From: Candidatus Krumholzibacteriia bacterium
GTDB lineage: Bacteria > Krumholzibacteriota > Krumholzibacteriia > WVZY01
Length of the DNA stretch: 11,074 nucleotides
Assembly: GCA_036478295.1 (NCBI GenBank)
Contig: JAZGDW010000251.1
Location: 1-11,074, forward strand
Direction: 5' to 3'
Notes under the pieces: model-generated
Database searches by the model: none
The model's input: the letters and a program-made list of their open reading frames with translations, nothing else
What the model was told of the DNA's origin: nothing
In this document: piece by piece, positions 4,810 to 11,074 of the stretch
Layout of the letters: each line of letters begins with the position of its first letter
Numbering within the stretch: position 1 is the first letter of the stretch
Translations under genes and position numbers: made by a program

Positions 4810-7638
4810 CTAATTGTATCCGAACAGCACCGAGTAGATTATCAGGCAGGTCAGGACGATGCCGATCGTGAGAAACGTGTAACCCGCCAAACGGATCATC
4901 GTCTCGTATCGCTTAGAGATCACTTTCGTTACCACCCGTTTTCGCAGTTCTCCCGATCGCTTGAGTTCCTCATAGGCCTCGGGACGGTCGCTCTTGTAGT
5001 GCTCGAGTGGGACCACACCGGTAAAGACTACCGTGTCCATGGGAAACGCTTCCGGCCTCAAATGTGTATTGAAGAAATGCACGGTGAAGATGAAGCCGAC
5101 GGCGAGCAACGCTTCATCGCTGTGAATGATCGTGGCTACATTGATCAACCAGCCCGGGACGAACTTGGTAAAGAGCACCGGAAACCACAACATGAGCCCG
5201 GACGCGCCGATGATCGCGACACCCCAGAACACGGCCATATAGTCGAATTTCTCCCAGTAGGTCCAACGACCGTAGTTCGGCCTGGGTCCCTTGCCAAAGA
5301 ACCATTTCAAAGTCCCGACAAAATCGATAACGTCCTTCCTGTTGAACATCATCGATCCTTTTCCCAATATGAGCTCGCGCCAGCTGATTCGCCGCTTGCG
5401 CTTGTACCTGGCCAGAGATGTCAGATGAAACGCAAAATAACCGAAGGTTATCACCGCCGCGACGCGATGGATAACACCGGCTGTTTGCACGCCCCCCAGC
5501 AGGTTGGCGATGAATGCGGCCCACGGCATCCCGGAGAATTTCAACATCATCCCGGTAAGAGCGAGAGACATGAAGCTTACGATGACACAGAGGTGCGTCA
5601 GACGCTGCGGGAGGGTGAAGCGTTTTATGTAATGACGGCCATGGGGCTTACTTTTCACGGCCTTTTGTTCTCGCATGAGTTTGAAGGAGCGCGGTAGCCA
5701 CAGTAGAGTGTGCACGCCAAAAAAACCAAAGACGCCGATCAACAACCAGGTCATCGTCCAGTACGTGTAGTAGAGAATGGGGTACTTGACCGGATCGTGG
5801 TGCGTGGCATGAGTCAGGTAGCCCGTAAAGCGCGCGTTGGCGTCTTCGTGACACTTTTGGCAGGTGGTCACGATATTTCTGAAACCGACCGTCGAATTGG
5901 GATCATTGTGGCTCAAGATCATGTGGGCGCCGTGGCAGTCCGAGCACTTGGCCGCTTGCAGGTAGCCGAGCCGGTACGCCTTGCCGTGCATGGTTTCGAG
6001 GTACGTGTCACCGAGATGCGTGTGGCACGAGCCGCACTGCTCCGTAACCTCGGTCATGAACTGGTCTTTCTCCACCTCTCCGATGGTGTGCGAGGAATGG
6101 CAGTCCGCGCAGTTGGGCAGCTTGCCCTCATGCTCCCCGTCCGCCGAATAATGCACACTCTTGATGTACTGTTTGTAGATTCCCCTGTGACATCCGGCAC
6201 ACGTCGCCGGAACGTTCTTGGCGAAGACCGTTGAGCGCTCGTCGGTGTGTTTCAAGACCATATGCGAGCCGTGGCAGTCGATACAGATGGCGCTCGGCAG
6301 GAGCCCCTTTTCCGTCAGGCCTCGCCCGTGGACGCTCCGCGAGTAGTCGGCGAGCGCGGTGGTTTCGGTGAGATCCGCCACCTGCGCCGCCTTGCCTCCC
6401 TCCCGATGGCAATCACCGCACAGCTCGGGCACCGATGCCCGGAACGTGGCGGCTGTCTCGTCGCGATGGGACCTCGTACCGTGCTCGCCGTGGCAGGTCG
6501 TGCAGTACGGCGCCTCGCTTATACCGTTGACGTGGGCCACGCCGTGGCCGCTCGTATAGTATTCCTCCGAGATTTTCGCATGACAGTTCGAGCAGTCGAT
6601 CTTTCCGGCGGGCTCGCACGGCCGCTTCAGGCGGGGGTCGATATCGACGTGGCATTTGACACACGGGATGTTCTCATGGACCGACCGCGCGATAGCACTC
6701 CGGTCCACGGTCATCGACAGGGTGTCCCCCGCAACGATCTTGTGTACATCCGTCTTTTCGTGGCACTTCAGGCAGGCGCGATCGGAAACAGTGAGCGCGA
6801 CGATGTCCTTGCGCACCTTGTGCGGCAGGTGGCAGTCCGTGCACGCGGGGATCGCACCCGGTGCGGTCTCCCATAACTCGCCGCGGATCACCTTTGCGTG
6901 GACGTCCTCGATCCTCGAATGGCACTGCATGCAGGTTGCCGCTATGTTGCGGGGTGAAATAGACGCCCTCGGATCGGTGTGCGGCAGGATGAGATGACTA
7001 CGATGGCAGCTGGTGCAGGTGGCGGTGACGATGAGGCCCTTTTCAAAGAGTCCCTCGCCGTGGATGCTCTGGCTGTAGTTTTCGACGATATTGTGGGCCG
7101 ATATATCGTAAACACTGGCCACGGGCGCGCCCTCACGGTGGCAGCGGCCGCACAGGTACGGGACATTCATCTTGCGGGTTGGCGACGCCGCGTCTTGCGG
7201 AGAGAGAATATCGTGCACGCCGTGGCAATCCGTGCAGCGGGGGGCGTACGGGGCTTTGCGGTTCGCCGCCTTGCCGTGGATGCTCGCGTCATAGTCGAGC
7301 TGTGCGTCGTCGTGGCACATCCCGCAGTTGACCCACTCGAGCGCTTCGGGATGGGGAAGGTCCTCCACATCCGCGTCTTCATGGCAGTCGATGCACTCGA
7401 GGTCGCGGTGGACCGACCTCAGGAAGACCGCGTTATCTACATAAGCGGAAACGGACCGCCCCGCCCGCGTTCCTTTCAGGTCGGGGTCGGAATGACAATC
7501 GAGGCAGGTTTCGTTGTCCACGGAGGAGAGAGCCGGTGACGACAACGCGAACAGCAAGAGAGCCGCCGCGGCAAGTGCACTTGCAACTTGCCTCCACGGT
7601 GCCGGTTTCTCAAGGCTGCGTTCCGGTATGGCATTCAT
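4810..7638 (-). CDS. CbcL-like fusion: 19-heme periplasmic cytochrome c domain plus C-terminal FdnI/HydC-type diheme cytochrome b (putative quinol:cytochrome c oxidoreductase)
   Basis: Signal peptide (...[13 protein letters not shown]); 19 CxxCH motifs; membrane domain with [10 protein letters not shown]...[23 protein letters not shown] and [26 protein letters not shown] 7638 is preferred over 7731 because it follows GGGAG/AGGA, precedes the signal peptide, and overlaps the upstream gene by only 29 nt. Confidence 0.92.
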   Translation of the reverse strand: MNAIPERSLEKPAPWRQVASALAAAALLLFALSSPALSSVDNETCLDCHSDPDLKGTRAGRSVSAYVDNAVFLRSVHRDLECIDCHEDADVEDLPHPEALEWVNCGMCHDDAQLDYDASIHGKAANRKAPYAPRCTDCHGVHDILSPQDAASPTRKMNVPYLCGRCHREGAPVASVYDISAHNIVENYSQSIHGEGLFEKGLIVTATCTSCHRSHLILPHTDPRASISPRNIAATCMQCHSRIEDVHAKVIRGELWETAPGAIPACTDCHLPHKVRKDIVALTVSDRACLKCHEKTDVHKIVAGDTLSMTVDRSAIARSVHENIPCVKCHVDIDPRLKRPCEPAGKIDCSNCHAKISEEYYTSGHGVAHVNGISEAPYCTTCHGEHGTRSHRDETAATFRASVPELCGDCHREGGKAAQVADLTETTALADYSRSVHGRGLTEKGLLPSAICIDCHGSHMVLKHTDERSTVFAKNVPATCAGCHRGIYKQYIKSVHYSADGEHEGKLPNCADCHSSHTIGEVEKDQFMTEVTEQCGSCHTHLGDTYLETMHGKAYRLGYLQAAKCSDCHGAHMILSHNDPNSTVGFRNIVTTCQKCHEDANARFTGYLTHATHHDPVKYPILYYTYWTMTWLLIGVFGFFGVHTLLWLPRSFKLMREQKAVKSKPHGRHYIKRFTLPQRLTHLCVIVSFMSLALTGMMLKFSGMPWAAFIANLLGGVQTAGVIHRVAAVITFGYFAFHLTSLARYKRKRRISWRELILGKGSMMFNRKDVIDFVGTLKWFFGKGPRPNYGRWTYWEKFDYMAVFWGVAIIGASGLMLWFPVLFTKFVPGWLINVATIIHSDEALLAVGFIFTVHFFNTHLRPEAFPMDTVVFTGVVPLEHYKSDRPEAYEELKRSGELRKRVVTKVISKRYETMIRLAGYTFLTIGIVLTCLIIYSVLFGYN
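6085..7510 (-). repeat. Internal tandem duplication (protein level) of an 8-heme module in the CbcL-like gene: copy A ~6820-7510, copy B ~6085-6780
   Basis: Collinear motifs between copies: [12 protein letters not shown] / [23 protein letters not shown] / [23 protein letters not shown] / [27 protein letters not shown] / [28 protein letters not shown] / [21 protein letters not shown] / LPNCADCH. Confidence 0.85.
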
Positions 7639-9121
7639 AACATCCTGTCTCCCGCCACTCCTCGTCGATGTCTTCTGGATGAACGAACTCCAGTCCGTCC
7701 TGCGAGGTGGCCATCTGCGCACGCTCGCCACTGCCCTGAGACAGAATACTGTGACACGTCTTGCAATCCCGCGTGATCACCCACCCCTCGTCGCTGACCT
7801 TGTTACCGTCATGGCAGCGCATGCAACCCGGAAAAATGAAGTGACCGATGTTGTCCGGGTAGTGTTCCCAGCGAACCTTCATCTCTGGAAAGATGTTTTC
7901 GGAAAACTGGCGCTGGGTTGCCAGCACAGCCTGCTCGATCGCGACGCTGCGGTTGCGTGAAATATCTGGATAGTTTTCCCGGTAGAAATCAGGGATCTGC
8001 ATCGCCATGATGCGAAGAGCCTCGGGTTCCGTCTCGTAGTCTCCCTGCATCGCTTCCACGGCCACGCGCTTGATTTCGGGCAGCGTCCGGTCGATCTGCC
8101 CGGTGAGAATCGCCCGGTCTACGAGGTAGTCCGGCGAGCGGAACTTATGGCTGGGTCGGTTGTGGCAATCCATGCAGTCCATCCCCCGGGGCGTCAGCTC
8201 CCCCAGTTCTTCCTCGGTAAGGGGGTTTCCGCTATCCTGGTACACGGTCTGTCTCCCCGTTATGCGGTCCGTCACGCGGATCCAGGGAATATTCTGGCGC
8301 TCTTCATCCCGGGCTATGTATTCGACGCCGACGCCGATGTTCATGTGCCAGTGGATGCCGGCGGTCTGGCCGGTTTTCGGGTCGCCACCACCGGTTTTTA
8401 TCAGCATGTTAATCGGCCACGCGGAACTGCTGTCGTCGTAGACAAAATGATTGAACTGCCTCTGTTGCGCGCCGAAGAACTTACGCGGCCAGTGGCATTG
8501 TTCGCACGTTTCCTGGGCGGGGCGGAGGTTCTTGATCGGTGTTGGAATGGGCCGCGGGAATTTCTTGGCTGCCACCGCGTAAACCTGATAGGCCCCGGAG
8601 AGTTTCGACTTGGCATACCAGCCGGCGCCCTCACCCACGTGACAAGCCGTGCAGGCGACGCGCGCGTGCGGGGAGTTCTGGTATGCAGTGTGCTCGGGCT
8701 TCATCACCGAGTGACAGGTTTCGCCGCAAAACGCGACGGACTCGGTGTGGTGATAGGCGTGATAGGCCCCGACCGCGCTGAGTGACGCGTAGAGAAAACC
8801 GCCGATGATAAAAACCGTGAACGCGTTCCGATGGGTGCGTTTGCTGAAGTCGATGTAGGCCCACTGGGATGGATCTGGACCGCCGCGCCGTTTGGCGGCT
8901 TTCCACTGGCGGTACATGCCGATGGGAACCAGTATCAGTCCCGTCAGCAGGATCGGGGGCAGAACCATGTAGATAAAAATGCCGAGGTAGGGATTCGCTT
9001 CACCCGCCCCGGCCTGGACGAGCAGAAAGAACACCATCGTCATGGCGGTGATCACCGCCAGAAATCCGCCCGCGATGCTGAGCTTATTGTATACGAGTCT
9101 CGGAAACCGGAACCCCGCCAT
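7610..9121 (-). CDS. ImcH-like heptaheme NapC/NirT-family inner-membrane cytochrome c (quinol dehydrogenase)
   Basis: Three N-terminal TM helices; FCGETCHSVM (CX3CH); SPHARVACTACH; YAKSKLSG; CEQCH; CMDCHNRPSH; PGCMRCHDG; CKTCH; CYECH, giving 7 heme motifs in 503 aa. RBS GGGGGAG precedes ATG 9121. Confidence 0.88.
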   Translation of the reverse strand: MAGFRFPRLVYNKLSIAGGFLAVITAMTMVFFLLVQAGAGEANPYLGIFIYMVLPPILLTGLILVPIGMYRQWKAAKRRGGPDPSQWAYIDFSKRTHRNAFTVFIIGGFLYASLSAVGAYHAYHHTESVAFCGETCHSVMKPEHTAYQNSPHARVACTACHVGEGAGWYAKSKLSGAYQVYAVAAKKFPRPIPTPIKNLRPAQETCEQCHWPRKFFGAQQRQFNHFVYDDSSSAWPINMLIKTGGGDPKTGQTAGIHWHMNIGVGVEYIARDEERQNIPWIRVTDRITGRQTVYQDSGNPLTEEELGELTPRGMDCMDCHNRPSHKFRSPDYLVDRAILTGQIDRTLPEIKRVAVEAMQGDYETEPEALRIMAMQIPDFYRENYPDISRNRSVAIEQAVLATQRQFSENIFPEMKVRWEHYPDNIGHFIFPGCMRCHDGNKVSDEGWVITRDCKTCHSILSQGSGERAQMATSQDGLEFVHPEDIDEEWRETGCYECHTGTQP

Positions 9122-9149
9122 AATGCTCCCCCAAACGTTGCTGTTCTCT

Positions 9150-10421
9150 CTACGTTACAGCGGGCGGGCTCTCCATGCCACTGTTTCCGGCGAGATCCTC
9201 TCGGTCCGGCAACTCATGTCCCGGTCCCCCCGGCTGCCGATTCTCGTCCCAGGGTGGCAGTATGCGGAGAAGTACGTAGAGTATGATGAATGGAAGCGTC
9301 AGAAGCGCAATAGACGTCAGGAGCCCCTCCACTCCGAAGAACGACATTTTGTACACGGTGAGCCCCCGGAAACTCTTCGAAAACAACTGCCCGCCAATAA
9401 CGACGTTCCAGCGCGTCGAGAAAATACCCACCTGGACAAGCAGGGCAGAGACAAAGTAAACCAGTTTTCTCAACTCGCCCGGCGCCTTTGAGAGCTTTAT
9501 CGCCGCGATCGCAAACAGGGGTATCAACATGCCGATGAGCAGCTGGATGACCACGAGGCTGACAAACAGTTTGCCCGACACGAGCGTGCTGATGATCTTG
9601 ATGGATTCCTCCGATTCGTACACGCGGTGCACGAAGTCAAGTAGCTCCAGGGAGAAGTCCACGATCATCGCATAGAAGAGAAAGCTGGCAAGCTTGTCCA
9701 GGCAGATCATATCGACCACCCTTGAGCGCAACGGCGTCACGATCATGTATATGAGCAGCACCAGCGCGATGCCGGAGACGATTGCGGAGAACAGAAAAAC
9801 GATGGGCATGAGCACACTCGACCACCAGGGGTTTGCCTTGACCGAGCCAAAGATGAAGCCCACGTAGCCGTGCAGCAGAAATGCGGAAGGTATGCCGATG
9901 ATGGTCAGCACTTTCGCAGCCTTCCTGTCAAATCGCATGGCACGTTCGGATATATCGGATGAAAAGAGCGAGAGCGCCCTGTGAAGCCACTTTCGTGGCC
10001 CCCGTTCGGCCCTGGCCCAGAGGATGATGTCTCTTCTGTAATCAAACCAGATTTCGAGCAGCAAGACGGCCATCAAGTACCACGCGTAGACAAAACCGAA
10101 CATCGCCATCGCGGAACTCTTGTTGGGAGTCAGGAATATCTCGAATGATTTCTCCGGATGGACCAGGTGGGCGACCAGCGGTAGCGGGGCCACCAGGAGA
10201 AAGGCCAGCGCTGTTAGGAGCGACAAGCGGTACACGGGTTTCACCTCGGTGGCGTTGAACACCTTGACCAGCGATGCGAGGATGAACGCGCCCGCGACCA
10301 GACCCGTCACGTACGGATAGACCACGATGAGGATGCTCCAGTGCAGCTCGATCTCATTGGGGTAAATGTACCCCGAAATCTCTTTCATAATACCTGCCAG
10401 GTGTTCAACGACTCCTCCCAA
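9150..10421 (-). CDS. NrfD/PsrC-family integral membrane protein (quinone-interacting subunit)
   Basis: W.ilIvvYPYVTGLVAG start, HLVHPEK, SSAMA, YVGFIFGSVKANPWW, P.vFlfSAivSG and RWNVVIGGQ, with many TM helices. The TTG start at 10421 has a GGAGGTG RBS inside the end of the upstream gene; ATG 10388 is an alternative. Confidence 0.93.
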   Translation of the reverse strand: MGGVVEHLAGIMKEISGYIYPNEIELHWSILIVVYPYVTGLVAGAFILASLVKVFNATEVKPVYRLSLLTALAFLLVAPLPLVAHLVHPEKSFEIFLTPNKSSAMAMFGFVYAWYLMAVLLLEIWFDYRRDIILWARAERGPRKWLHRALSLFSSDISERAMRFDRKAAKVLTIIGIPSAFLLHGYVGFIFGSVKANPWWSSVLMPIVFLFSAIVSGIALVLLIYMIVTPLRSRVVDMICLDKLASFLFYAMIVDFSLELLDFVHRVYESEESIKIISTLVSGKLFVSLVVIQLLIGMLIPLFAIAAIKLSKAPGELRKLVYFVSALLVQVGIFSTRWNVVIGGQLFSKSFRGLTVYKMSFFGVEGLLTSIALLTLPFIILYVLLRILPPWDENRQPGGPGHELPDREDLAGNSGMESPPAVT

Positions 10422-10423
10422 GG

Positions 10424-11074
10424 TTAATTCACCTCCCGGTCCAGATTCGCGTAGAAAACCTTGGGCTCGGTGTTGAGCGATGGCTTCAAGACTCCAATCT
10501 TGTTCATACGCATAAACCTCGTCAGTGGACTCGCCTTCTTGTCGAGTTCACCAAACACCCTGGCCTGAGTGGGGCATACTTCGACGCAAGCCGGTACCTG
10601 CCCTTTTACGATACGGTGGTAGCAGAAAGTGCACTTCTCGGCCGTGCGAGTCTCCGGGTTGAGGAAACGCGCGCCGTACGGGCACGCCTGGATGCAGTAA
10701 CGGCAGCCGATACAGTAGTCGGAGTCGACCAGGACAACGCCGTCGGGAGTCTTGAACGTCGCCCCGACCGGACAGACCTGAACGCACGGCGGATTGTCGC
10801 AATGGTTGCACAGTTTGGGAACGAAAAAGCTCCGGATGGTATCCTTTTCGGTGGCCTCGTACCCGAAACTCTTCATGGCGCCGTTGGGACTGTCTACGAC
10901 CACCTCACCATCGAATTCGATGCGGTACCGTTCGACCCAGGTTCTGAAGAAGAAAGGATCTTTGGGTACGCCGTTTTCGTTTTTGCAGGCCTCGACACAA
11001 CGGCCGCACCCGATGCACTTGTTTATATCGATTGCCATGCCCCAACGGTGTTCGCTCGGTCTGTAGCCTTTGCC
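10424..11074 (-). CDS. NrfC/PsrB/DmsB-like 4x[4Fe-4S] ferredoxin subunit; 5'-truncated by the window edge
   Basis: Cys groups CIGCGRCVEAC, CNHCDNPPCVQVCP, CIGCRYCIQACP and CTFC...PACVEVCP. The frame stays open to nt 11074 (GKGYRPSEHRWGMAID...), so the ATG at 11038 is probably internal. Confidence 0.94.
   Translation of the reverse strand, partial: GKGYRPSEHRWGMAIDINKCIGCGRCVEACKNENGVPKDPFFFRTWVERYRIEFDGEVVVDSPNGAMKSFGYEATEKDTIRSFFVPKLCNHCDNPPCVQVCPVGATFKTPDGVVLVDSDYCIGCRYCIQACPYGARFLNPETRTAEKCTFCYHRIVKGQVPACVEVCPTQARVFGELDKKASPLTRFMRMNKIGVLKPSLNTEPKVFYANLDREVN

Noticed and set aside
7639..7731. Upstream start of the 973-aa ORF
   Set aside because: It would give a 122-nt overlap with the ImcH-like gene and push the signal peptide far from the N-terminus; ATG 7638 fits better.
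4104..9121. Nitrifier-type c554/cM552 (hao cluster) interpretation
   Set aside because: No hao gene is in the window, the two genes are in different convergent units, and the NapC-family protein is a 7-heme, 3-TM ImcH type rather than a tetraheme cM552.
4999..9491. Series of + strand ORFs (4999-5697, 5710-6234, 6247-6876, 6979-7539, 7514-7960, 8147-8785, 8831-9286, 9042-9491)
   Set aside because: Antisense to the CbcL-like, ImcH-like and NrfD-like genes. Recurrent VAV/MAV strings are simply the reverse reading of Cys-His codons.
1..11074. CRISPR arrays, tRNA/rRNA genes, mobile elements, frameshifted pseudogenes
   Set aside because: None seen. The window is densely coding with intact frames, and repeated TGCCAC/GTGGCA strings are Cys-His codons.

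Overview
GC-rich bacterial window that is almost entirely a respiratory electron-transfer island made of two convergent gene blocks. On the + strand are the 3' end of a sensor histidine kinase, a single-domain response regulator, a Rieske Fe-S protein, a cytochrome b, a membrane-anchored nonaheme cytochrome c (where cyt c1/f would normally be), and a c554-family tetraheme cytochrome with its own promoter and terminator. On the - strand is a tightly packed operon: NrfC-like 4x[4Fe-4S] protein (5'-truncated by the window), NrfD-like membrane protein, ImcH-like heptaheme NapC/NirT cytochrome, and a very large CbcL-like protein with 19 CxxCH motifs (two duplicated 8-heme modules plus 3 hemes) fused to an FdnI/HydC-type cytochrome b. 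Four different quinol-interacting modules and 39 hand-counted heme c motifs therefore sit in about 10 kb. The two AT-rich intergenic regions each carry an FNR/CRP-type box (one a perfect consensus) and a related Rex-like operator. All family assignments come from motif recognition by eye; no database searches were run.
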